A stretch of 64,000 nucleotides of DNA from Macrostomum lignano (Eukaryota), in the NCBI GenBank assembly GCA_002269645.1, contig NIVC01000023.1, forward strand, positions 310,001 to 374,000, written 5' to 3'. The notes under the pieces were generated by a model. That model worked only from the letters and a program-made list of their open reading frames with translations, was not told where the DNA came from and searched no databases. This document shows, piece after piece, positions 11,439-29,900 of the stretch. Both the position numbers and the translations under genes were made by a program. Position 1 is the first letter of the stretch, and every line of letters starts with the position of its first letter.

Positions 11439-12656
11439 GGAAGAAGCACTTACTTTATTTTACTTTTTTTGTTTGTTTTTTTACATGGTTTCATTAGGTA
11501 GGTTGGTTTAATCCATGGAATTGCTATGTTATTCAAGTTTCCTATAATCTTTCCTATGTCTGGTAATACGATAATTTTACTTAATGGGTGAAATTGAGGT
11601 GACTTAAACTATTCTGCTTTAACATTTTATAAAACCGATACATGGGGTGTTAACTCATTTCAGGATTGCAAACCGGTACAATCCCCACCTTTTAAAAAAC
11701 CTTATCGTCATCGGCAGGGTAGCGCACTTAGAGAGAACACTGTCAGAACCTGCTAATATTATAACCTGAAAGCTACATTGGTATAGATTGAACTTTTTTT
11801 CTTAGCCGATAGAATGCACATGAGAATGAGCTAATGCATTTGTTTGCATTAGGCCATAAAGTTCTTAACTCATCACACAGATACTCATTACTCATTACAC
11901 TAGACTGACTAAATATGTCACCGCAAATATAGTTGTCATGGGGAGTTGCTGAGATGCCATGACTCAATGGGGAGTTAGTATATATTCCTTATTTATATCA
12001 GTGCTAAGGCAAAAAAACTTGTCACTCGGTCAAAATGCGTGGCACGAAAGCATTTTTGCCATAGACACTTGGATAAATGGGGAATGTTTGATGTATCCAA
12101 CAGTTGCCATTTATTTGCACTCAGTCCAGTGCAGGGAGTTGGTCTATGGCCAGGCCCAATTTAAAGAACATTTTTCGCTGCTTGGTTCACCTATCTATGG
12201 GTGACTTCGGCCACGGCCACAATAAATAAAACAAGGGTATAAGTTATACTTAGTCGAGCGTATTTCTTTTTTCTATCCGATTATTTATTCAGTTTGAAAT
12301 ATTTATTCCTAACTGTAATTACTCTTAATAACGGTAAAAGTATTTTCCCATTGCTATAGTGGGTGCTTTTGCTGATATTAACGATTCCATATTTAGAAGG
12401 AAGGGATTAAACGTCGTAACTTTTGGTGTGTTTGTTTTTCGTAGCAACTGTATTTATTGACTGGTTTAGTATTCATTTAATTGCATTGCATATACGGCTT
12501 GAAACTTCGCTAATATAAAGAGAAATTTGCACAAGTTTGCAGATTCTATGATCCTACATGTATATCAGTATCTTTTACTCGAAGAGTAGAGTCATTTCAT
12601 CTTAGATCCGAGAATTCATTTTAATAAATATACCAAAAAGCATTGTAGCTCATTGG

Positions 12657-12860
12657 AGGTTGTAGCGTATAGTGGTTAGATCGTCGGACTCACGACTGAA
12701 AGGTCGGGGGTTCGATTCTCGAGCCACTTGAAACAATTTGTGTAGTTAACTCTGCATTGCTTCAGTTCACCTAGCTGGAAAATGGGTAGCAGCAGAGCCC
12801 GGGCCGCTGGCACATCAGAGCGCAGAATAACTAGATGGGCCACTCAGCTCATTTGCGTGT
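12657..12860 (+). mobile_element. tRNA(Val)-like CORE-type SINE, family B
   Basis: GTAGCGTATAGTGG (A box), CTCACGA anticodon-like loop, GAAAGGTC, GGTTCGATTC (B box), then TTGCTTCAGTTCACCTAGCTGGAAAATGGGT, which resembles the CORE domain. The head is homologous to 44795-45090 and 61223-61533, but the 3' part differs. Confidence 0.75.
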
Positions 12861-14047
12861 AAACTACTCTCAGTTCAGTAGTAAGTTAAACAGAAGCATT
12901 TATTGTATTTTTTAAAGCCAAGTCTCTTTTTATTGGCTCTTAATCCCTCAGCTTAAACCGTTCAACCGCGCCCCAATTTTTATTTGCCTTTCTCGGAATT
13001 CCAGCCTAAAGCGGCCATGTACATTCAGTGTACTGGCCAATGTACATTACTGCGGAACCAATTAGCAAGCTGTTTACGCCTGCAAGCTTGGGCTTCTAAA
13101 CTTATCAAAGTTATTTTAGCTGCCTTTATTCTTATAAAATGTATTCCCATTTGCTACTGAACTGAAAGTAGAAAGCTGTTTTACTAAGTATACATGCCTG
13201 AGTGGCCCATCCAGTTATTCTAGTATCTGTGCATCAGAGCATCACGCTGAACCACAAGGCAACGGCCCACGCCGCATTGCCCAAAGCTTATGACAAACTA
13301 TAACCCGTGTAATATGTGAAAACAACATTTTAATCCATTAAATCCATTCAAATTCTCCAATCCCAAGCTAAAATCTCACAAGAGTTTCTACCAGCGTACC
13401 TTAGACAATGCTTAATATTTCCGAGGTCGGATGGCTGTACGGAAATCATCGGACGCAAGAATTAAAACGTTTAAAACATCTGCCAAAGTTTGCGGTTTTT
13501 GTTCCTGATACGTTTTGACAATTAAAAAAACTATTGTTGTATTTATAATATGCCAAAATAGCAACCAGAAGTCATCTTAAGATTTTACATACATGTCGAA
13601 TTTCCTGTAACTAAATGAATTAGCGGAATGTATGTAGAAACAGTGGTTTCTGGGTACGTTAAAGACGTTAAGTACGTTAAAGATCCCAAGTGCCTAAAAG
13701 AAGAAATTCTTCTAAAATCATGCAAATACAGCTGCAGTCACTGTCAGTAAATAAGGGTAACTTTATAATTAATAATTACACAAATCAACACCCACGCAAC
13801 TCAGTCGCTGTGTCAAATCAATCGGTTGAAATAATTTGTGAACCAATGATAGCGGAAATATAAAATAGCTAAAAACCGATGCACTGCACCGATTGAAATA
13901 GATATTAAATTTACTTAACACGAATACGCAAAGTTCAGTGCACTGTACATAGCAGCTCTTATTAAATTTTATTGTCTTTCTGCACCCTAAAGTATAGACG
14001 TAAGTCTGGGTTTTGCTTTGGTCTTTGCAGACCCGCAGAAGCCTTCC

Positions 14048-15200
14048 ATGGGAGCTGTCCTTGAGGGGCGCTGTCCTTGAGGGGAGCTGTCCTTGAGGGG
14101 AGCTGTTCTTGAGGGGAGCTGGCCTTGAAGGGAGCTGTCCTTGAGGGGAGCTGTCCTTGAGGGGAGCTGTCCTTGAGGGGAGCTGTCCTTGAGGGGAGCT
14201 GTCCTTGAGGGGAGCTGGCCTTGAAGGGAGCTGTCCTTGAGGGGAGCTGTCCTTGAAGGGAGCTGTCCTTGAGGGGAGCTGTCCTTGAGGGGCGCTGTCC
14301 TTGAGGGGAGCTGTCCTTGAGGGGCGCTGTCCTTGAGGGGAGCTGTCCTTGAGGGGAGCTGTCCTTGAGGGGAGCTGTCCTTGAGGGGAGCTGTCCTTGA
14401 GGGGAGCTGTCCTTGAGGGGAGCTGTCCTTGAGGGGAGCTGGCCTTGAGGGGAGCTGTCCTTGAAGGGAGCTGTCCTTGAGGGAAGCTGTCCTTGAAGGG
14501 AGCTGTCCTTGAGGGGAGCTGTCCTTGAGGGGCGCTGTCCTTGAGGGGAGCTGTCCTTGAGGGAAGCTGTCTTTGATGGAGCTGTCCTTGAGGGGAGCTG
14601 TCCTTGAAGGGAGCTGTCCTTGAGGGGAGCTGTCCTTGAGGGGAGCTGTCCTTGAGGGGAGCTGTCCTTGAGGGGAGCTGGCCTTGAAGGGAGCTGTCCT
14701 TGAGGGGAGCTGTCCTTGAGGGGAGCTGTCCTTGAGGGGAGCTGTCCTTGGGGGAGCTGTCCTTGAAGGGAGCTGTCCTTGAGGGTAGCTGTCTTTGAGG
14801 GGAGCTGTCCTTGAGGGGAGCTGTCCTTGAGGGGAGCTGTCCTTGAGGGAAGCTGTCTTTGATGGAGCTGTCCTTGAGGGGAGCTGTCCTTGAAGGGAGC
14901 TGTCCTTGAGGGGAGCTGTCCTTGAGGGGAGCTGTCCTTGAGGGGAGCTGTCCTTGAGAGGAGCTGTCCTTGAGAGGAGCTGTCCTTGAGGGGAGCTGTC
15001 CTTGAGGGGAGCTGTCCTTGAGGGGAGCTGTCCTTGAGGGGAGCTGTCCTTGAGGGGAGCTGTCCTTGAGGGGAGCTGTCCTTGAGGGGAGCTGTCCTTG
15101 AGGGGAGCTGTCCTTGAGGGGAGCTGTCTTTGATGGAGTTTTCTTTGATGGAGCTGTCCTTGGGGGAGCTGTCTTTGAGGGCTGCTGTCTGTGAGGGGTG
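14048..15200. repeat. 16-bp minisatellite (GAGGGGAGCTGTCCTT)n, about 70 copies
   Basis: Directly visible tandem unit. It explains the spurious 426-aa and 438-aa ORFs. Confidence 0.95.
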
Positions 15201-15398
15201 CTGTCTGTGAGAGTTTAGTATTTCTGAACGATTCCCGATCAAGCAATAATTTACTTATTAGAAACTTCCATAGCATATCTTGAGCCATTTCTGGACACTT
15301 CATCTATGGACTATGTTGTACAGGTAGGTTTATAACAAGTGACCTAGTAAAATTTGATTCACATCAACGCTACAGCTCGAAATTCGCCAAGTGGATTA

Positions 15399-15679
15399 TC
15401 ACTCCTCCCTAGATTGAATGTGCCGCATGTACTCGGCCGTAAGGGTGTCGCCAGCTCCGCCACGTCTCTGCTGATCATCGTCATCCTCGGCTGCTGCGAT
15501 GGCGCTGCCGTTGCTCAATCGTCGTCTCGGAGCCGGCCGGGGAGGCGAGTCGGTGCCACCACCACCGCCGCCGCTTCCGCCGCCAGAAATGATCTGCTGC
15601 TGCTGCAAGCTCATCATCAACGAGGGCGACGCCGCCTTCTGCACCATCACCAGCTGGGTTCGTGCTGTGCGGAACCGGT
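15399..15679 (-). CDS. MKS1: Candidate alternative terminal exon of MKS1
   Basis: Acceptor ATCCACAG at 15681-15680, phase 1, compatible with the donor at 17444. It reads N-RFRTARTQLVMVQKAAS...REE*, a GC-rich coding-like sequence resembling the start of the proximal last exon (N-AFQRARQRLQEARR). Confidence 0.55.
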
Positions 15680-15944
15680 CTGTGGATTTTTAAAAAAGTG
15701 GAAGTCGACCTGGATTGAGATTCTCGGTTTTTTCTGGGTTCTTCAGTGCTGCTACCTGAGATTGCAGCAAGGATTCCAGCACGTATAGTTAAAAGGTGTC
15801 TCCAACGGAAACTTTCTATCTTTGAGTTCTCGGAAAATTTTCAGAAATAGAGATAGAAAATGAGAGAAGAGTACTTATAGAAGTATTACCTGTAGTGTTC
15901 TATCAAATAAAGTATTGGTAGTGTTATAAAGTTTACAAAAGCTA

Positions 15945-16230
15945 GTGATCTGGCGCGGCGCAGCGCTCTGATATGCCAGCGGCCCAGGCTCGATTCCAAG
16001 TGCAGTGACATTGATTTTGGGGCTATATTGGAATCTCGGCTTGGCTCTGCTCGTGCAATTAACGCCATTGAGGGCCAACCCCCAAGGCACAGTGAAGTGT
16101 ACATGCCTAACGATAAATAAAGTTAGGGCCGCTGTACACTCCTGTGTGAGTATGTGCCTGTGCGTATGACTGCGTACGTATCCGCGCGCTTGTGTGCCTG
16201 CTCAGGGGAGTCGGCGGAATGGGCAGTGAG
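15945..16230 (+). mobile_element. SINE family A, diverged or truncated copy
   Basis: Collinear with the reverse complement of 11074-11438 (CCCAGGCTCGATTCCAAGTGCAG...AAAGTTAGGGCCGCTGTACACTCCTGTGTGAG...CAGGGGAGTCGGCGGAATGGGC). Confidence 0.8.
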
Positions 16231-16581
16231 GCTTATTTACGAATGTCATTAATGAAAAGTTCAATCATAGCCCCTTGATTTTGGCAGAGTGTTTAAGACA
16301 AGTCTAATAGAAGTTGCACAACGTCAAAATAGAAAATGTACTGTGTGACAGACTAATTTATGATTCCTCCTCTGAAGAAATATTTTGACGAAAAGTGAAA
16401 AAAGACTAAGAAAGAAATAATAGTTTAATTCAGAAGTCGCTACTGGCAGTCAAGGAATTGAAGGAAATAAAAAAAATAGAAAAAAAGAATAAAAGTACAT
16501 ATGCACATTAGTCACAAAAGTACACGTGCACTTTAGTTTAAAGTACACGTGCACTTTAGTTTAAAGTACACGTGCACGCAA

Positions 16582-23105
<6,524 letters not shown>

Positions 23106-23925
23106 ATTTATGGATACTTTTTATTCCTGCGGTAACCAGGATAAAGGCAGTATATAGCTATTTTATCGGAAGAATGAAAAAAAGACTAACATATTTTATT
23201 TAGAATTTTGAGCCGACGCTTTTTATTGTATACAGTAATGATTAAATTTTTGATACGAAAACTGTATAATATTCTTAACTAATAATCTTAGCACACGAGC
23301 CGCTACATGCAGCATAAAAAGTTTTAAATAAAGAGTTTTGTTATACTGGGTTATCTCCTAAGAAATCACATTTAAATAAAATCTATTTTAGGTTTCACGT
23401 GTACTTTTTTTAAAATGATAGTTGGATAGCTCATTTTGTCCATTGTCTAGGCAATTCGTCTTTATGTAATAGTTTTATGAATAGTGGCCCTGACGCCAAG
23501 TTTTTTACTGACAAGTCGTAGAAATCATTGTATTTTTTATAAAGATCTATTAGCGCTTGTTTTGCATCGATTACCTATTTACCTACCCTACCCTTTTATT
23601 TTGCATTGCAGGCTGCAGCCGTAGTAGTCTATCTACACTAGCTCAGCAATCCTGTACTTTGTTCCGTTACAATTCAGTGACTGTAGTACTACTAACTAAC
23701 TATTATATTTTATTTATTTAACAGTAAGTTAGGCCCTAGTTCTCTCATTTCTGGAGCCACCGTCTACTTGCAATTAATGGTTAAACTGAATAAGCAGCAT
23801 TAGGGCCTATATATATAACGTGTTAGTAATAGAAGAGAACAGTTGAAACCGTTAACATTTTGTTGCAAATTAATAAACTGTCTCAAAGTTAGTATTGCAT
23901 CCAGGCTATTTAAAGTTAAAGAGCA
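23106..23925. promoter_or_regulatory. Putative bidirectional promoter region between MKS1 and the TLCD gene, with weak X-box-like motifs
   Basis: The divergent start codons are 820 bp apart. Imperfect RFX X-box-like sequences occur at 23123-23136 (ATTCCTGCGGTAAC) and 23353-23366 (ATCTCCTAAGAAAT). Transcription start sites are unknown. Confidence 0.4.
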
Positions 23926-26900
23926 ATGTATCAAGTTCAAAGTTGCATTGAAGCAGTGCCTTCAGCATTAGTAATTTTTTTTAGTGTTGCTTTCTTTGCA
24001 ACAGTAGATTATTTGCTAAAGAGAGTGTCTCAAAATCCAAATTCTTTGGTTTACCACCTGCTATTTTCTCAATTGGCTGTAGAGCCATCAAAAACTTGTG
24101 TTGAAATAAATGGGAATCATCCTTTAACTACTGATTTAGACTTACAAACAGCAAGTTCAAATGGCCACATGGCTAGGCCTAACAAAAGTGATAGCTCCAA
24201 AAATAATAAAAATAATAAGATTTGGAAAATGCAAAATATATTTTTATCAGAAATTCATTCCATTGTTAGTGGCCCACTTGCTTTTGTTTGGTAAGTGTAT
24301 AATATTTTTATTAATAACTGAATATATTATTTTATTTAAGCATTTTGTCTTGGGCCTTTCTATATACTAGTTTATATACCAATGCTTAATTTGGTGTATT
24401 ATCAATATTTTAGATTTGCCTTCCCATTGCTCTATAATATATACATTGATATTGATCCAAAAAGTTACATTTGAAAATATAGATTACTAAGATATGTATA
24501 ATATTATTAGAGATTACTAGTAGATTTTTATAATCTATATAAAAAATTTCAATTTCAATAGAAGGCACCTTGTATACCTAGGTATCAGACTATTAGTCTG
24601 CCAGTTATTTGTTTACAGGCAGGCAAATAGTCCAAATTGAAAAGTTTTAAAAAATTTCAAGAGGTGCTGCGTTAATAATCAAGAAGATTCTAAATGTTTT
24701 TCATCTATTTTTTTCAAACAATTATATTCCAAAAATGAAGAAAAAGTTGGCTATATACATGTAAAGTGTATCTGCTAAGTGAAGTATCATGCATGTATAT
24801 GTCAATATTAAAATATATATATAGTGAGAAGTGTCATATATATACTTATACTATTTTGAAGTTGGGATTTCTCTAGTGACGCATTAAATGACTATAAAAA
24901 AGTTAGGAACTCTATTATGCTATAAGTTATTGCAACATTTGTTACTAATATGACTTGTTGCTAAAACAGCTGTCACAGAAGCATCTTGTTACTGAAGTGT
25001 CCAAAAACCTATATCAGTTACCACATCCACTATTTAGTACCAGCAGACAAATAGTCTACTGGCCAATTGCCCAGGGCAAACAAATAATCTGGCAGACAAA
25101 TAGTCCACTGGCCATTTGCCCAGGGCAGACAAATAATCTGGCAGACAAATAGTCCACTGGCCATTTGCCCAGGGCAGACAAATAGTCCAGGATCTGTATA
25201 CCTTTTCCCTAAATTTACCATTTTATATATATATAACTCCCCTTAATTTATACTAACTATACATTTTTCTTTTTTTACCAGAAAATGACTTATTTATATA
25301 AAAGAAACCTAAGCAAAAATTTATACATTTTAGATAAATGACAAATGTAACATGACTATTCTTTTGCCTCTCTAGAAAGTCATTGAGAATATTTAAAAAA
25401 AACTAGTCAGAACTGTTAAAAAACATGGTAATAATAAATAGTACTAGTTGGTACTGTAAAGTCCCCTTATATTGATTATATATTTGTAAAATTGTCAATG
25501 ATTTGCTAAAACTCTCTTTTCAAGCAATCTTTTATCAAGGCCTCTTGCCCATTGCAAGCAACATAGCTTCTCAAACTTCACTGTGGTTGTTAAATATAGT
25601 CAATAACCCCCTTGTCTAAGCTAGTACCTTTTGTTTTACTTTATGTTAGTGTTGTCAAAAATTAGCTAAAAGCCTGCCAACCTATTCTTGTTAGAGAGAG
25701 CTTGCAGAATCCAGATAGCAAAAACTTTTCAAATTGGAAATCCAAGTGCAAATCAAAATTTTGTGCAGTTGTTTTTTCTAATTTCTACTAAGTCAGTAAG
25801 GTCCTGGATATGAACTTTTGAATCTTCTTCAACAAAAGCTTGGTAGGTTAGGTCTCAATCAGTTCTATTGTCTTTGTTGATCATGACTGGCAGGTCCAAG
25901 GAGCTAAGGCCAGGGGAAATACTTCAAAGTCATAGAACTGAAATACTATTTGTAAACGATTGATTGACCTGGTGCTGCAACTCTATAAACTTTGAATAGC
26001 TCATCATGGATATTCCAAGACTGTATTTAGCATAGGTATAAGACATAAGTCTAGAAGTCTTCTATTTCAAATAAATCATAGTCAAAATTTGCTATCTTGA
26101 TCATTGTGTTGTATTGGTTATATTGAGCTTGCCCCTGCCCCCAATTTTGCTACTATAATGACAATAATGTTTACTATAGACATTTAAGTCTAGTATAAAA
26201 ATTATTTATATGATTCTTAACGTATTTTACTGGCTATTCTATGAGTGGTTTATATACAATTCTAGAGGTTGTTTATAGGCAGTTCTAGGGGTAGTTTATT
26301 GGCATTTCTAGGAATAGTTTATTGGCAGCTCTAGGGGTAGTTTATTGGCAGTTCTAGGGGTAGTTTATAGGCAGTTCTAGGGGTAGTTTATGGGCAATTC
26401 TAGGGGTAGTTTATTGGCATTTCTAGGGGTAGTTTATTGGCATTTCTAGGGGTAGTTTATTGGCATTTCTAGGGGTAGTTTATAGGCAGTTCTAGGGGTA
26501 GTTTATTGGCAGTTCTAGGGGTAGTTTATAGGCAGTTCTAGGGGTAGTTTATGGGCAATTCTAGGGGTAGTTTATTGGCATTTCTAGGGGTAGTTTATAG
26601 GCAGTTCTAGCGGTAGTTTATAGGCATTTATAGGGGTAGTTTATTGGAAATTTTAGGGGGTAGTTTATTGGCAGTTCTAGGGGTAGTTTATTGGCAATTC
26701 TATGGTTAGTTTATAGGCAGTTCTAGGGGTAGTTTATTGGCAATTCTATGGTTAGTTTATAGGCAGTTCTAGGGGTAGTTTATTGGCAGTTCTAGGGATA
26801 GTTTATGGGCAATTCTAGAGGTAGTTTATTGGCAATTCTAGAGGTTGTTCATAAGAAATTCTAGGGTTAGTTTATGGGAAATTCTAGGGTTAGTTTATAA

Positions 26901-29900
26901 GAAATTCTAGGAGTAGTTTATGGGAAATTCTAGGGTTAGTTTATGGGAAATTATAGGGGTGGTTTATGGGAAATTCTAGGGGTGGTTTATGGGAAAGTTT
27001 TGGTCTCAGTGCATATCATGACATATCAAGTATACTTTTTGAATCTTGATCCTCAACTCTGAATGCCAAATGGTTCACTCAAAGCTAGACACTATTTAAT
27101 TTAAGTTCAGTATTTTCATTGGATGTCCCGACTTCTTTTAATTGTCAAATTTAAGTAATCTGTAAGCATGGAGTCTGCAGACTTCTGCAACTTCTGCAAA
27201 TTCAAAGGGTAGGGTAATTCTCACATTAAAAGGCTAGGGCTTTATTTGGCTTTTTTATAATTCTCATTTCAAACTTTTATATTTGATTATTTATGTCTGA
27301 ACATTAATCCTCCTTTCTCCAATCAATTTTTAGTGTTTACCTGCGACCAGCAATGTTGGAAGATGTTGTTAGCACCTGTACACCATTGGCCCTTGGGCTA
27401 ATTTGCTTCTCGTTAGGTAATTTTTATTACATAAATATACTGTGGAGTTAAAGTTGCAGCAATTTCCATGACTTTAAATGACCCTCAACCCCCCGGCGCG
27501 CTCAATGTTTGTGTCTGTTCTCAGCTCTCCTCTCTATTCTTTCTTCTCTCCTCTACTCTCTCATCTCTCATCCTCTCTCCATCTCCCCTCTCCTCTTATC
27601 TCATTTCTTCTCTTAAGCTCCTTCTCTCCTCTCCTCTCTTCTCTTATCTTCTCCCTCATCCCATCTCTCATCTAGCCTCTCACTTCTACTCTCTTCTGTT
27701 ATCTCTTTTCTTCATCTTTTTTCTTTTCTCTCCCCCATTTCCTCTCCTTCCCACTCTCATCTGGCCCTCAGCAATGATCTACTCTTAGATCCTGTATCTA
27801 ACTGGCTAACCTTCTACTAACATTTACCGTATTGCATTCCAGGCTACTTTGTACACGACTCAATTCACATGCTACGAAGAAAGGTTTCAACGGAAACTAT
27901 TGAACTACTATTTCACCATTTTATTGTAAGTTGGCAGACTTATTGCCGTGTCTTGAGTTGTGAATTCTAATTAGTCTGCACTTTTGCCCTTTGATCGGTA
28001 GCTCAATTATCACTATTTCAACTAGTGTGCTGCGTTCTTTTTAGTGGCGTGACTTTTTATAGCTCAATTTTGCAGTATTTCTCCGTTCTATGTAAGGGTG
28101 CAAAGGGTAGCTCTAAACTGGTTAATCTCGCTATTATATTGATAGGCGTAGTCGGCTGACTTTAGAATTTTTTTGGCTCTTTCTGCAACCCTGCCTTATC
28201 TTAGCTTGCAGTTTTCTTTGTGGACTTTTGACTTTATGAAAAATCATATATTGTATGACAAAAACTATGATAGAACTTTATAAACTGGGTTTGCATTGGT
28301 CGTATGCTAATGGGCTTAGGTACGCAGCAACACATTGAAGTATCAAACCCATGCTATGGATTTGGCAAATCCCAAACCCATCCTAAAATTGCTATGGAAC
28401 TTAATGAGTCTCGATGATGCATTATAAACTCACACTGAAGCATCATAAACCCACACTGAAGCATCATCAACCCACACTGAAGCATCATCAACCCACACTG
28501 AAGCATCATCAACCCACACTGAAGCATCATCAACCCATACTTAAGCATCATCAACCCACACTGAAGCATCATCAACCCTAACTGCAGCATCATCAACCCA
28601 CACTGAAGCATCATAAACCCTCACTGAAGCATCATCAACCGACACTGCAGCATCATCAACCGACACTGAAGCATCATTAACCGACACTGAAGCATCATAA
28701 ACCCACACTGAAGCATCATCAACCGACACTGCAGCATCATCAACCCACACTGAAGCATCATAAACCCACTCTGAAGCATCATCAACCGACACTGTAGCAT
28801 CATCAACCGACACTGAAGCATCATTAACCGACACTGAAGCATCATAAACCCACACTGAAGCATCATCAACCGACACTGCAGCATCATCAACCCATACTTA
28901 AGCATCATAAACCCTCACTGAAGCATCATCAACCCACACTGAAGCATCTTTAACCCACACTGAAGCATCCCAAACCCACACTGAAGCATCATTAACCCAC
29001 ACTAAAACATCATTAACCCACACTGAAGCATCATAAACCCACTCTGAAGCATCATAAACCCACACTGAAGCATCATAAACCCACTCTGAAGCATCCCAAA
29101 CCCTCACTGAAGCATCATAAACCCACACTGAAGCATCCCAAACCCACACTGAAGCATCATTAACCCACACTAAAGCATCATTAACCCACACTGAAGCATC
29201 ATCAACCCATACTTAAGCATCATAAACCCACACTGAAGCATCATCAACCCACACTGAAGCATCATCAACCCATACTTGAGCATCATAAACCCACACTGAA
29301 GCATCATCAACCGACACTGCAGCATCATCAACCCATACTTAAGCATCATAAACCCTCACTGAAGCATCATCAACCCACACTGAAGCATCATCAACCCATA
29401 CTTAAGCATCATAAACCCTCACTGAAGCATCATCAACCGACACTGCAGCATCATCAACCCATACTTAAGCATCATAAACCCTCACTGAAGCATCATCAAC
29501 CGACACTGAAGCATCATAAACCCACACTGAAGCATCATAAACCCACTCTGAAGCATCATAAACCCTCACTGAAGCATCATCAACCCACTCTGAAGCATCC
29601 CAAACCCACTCTGAAGCATCATAAACCCACACTGAAGCATCCCAAACCCACACTGAAGCATCCCAAACCCACACTGAAGCATCATTAACCCACACTAAAG
29701 CATCATTAACCCACACTGAAGCATCATAAACCCACTCTGAAGCACCATAAACCCACACTGAAGCATCATAAACCCACTCTGAAGCATCCCAAACCCACTC
29801 TGAAGCATCATAAACCCACACTGAAGCATCCCAAACCCACACTGAAGCATCCCAAACCCACACTGAACCATCATTAACCCACACTGAAGCATCATTAACC

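Noticed and set aside
12657-12735. Functional tRNA-Val gene (also 44795-44875 and 34585-34667)
   Set aside because: Acceptor and T stems do not pair properly, and the heads continue into shared SINE bodies or are degenerate.
13962-15303. 426-aa and 438-aa ORFs
   Set aside because: They are translations of a 16-bp minisatellite that lacks stop codons, with no splice or domain support.
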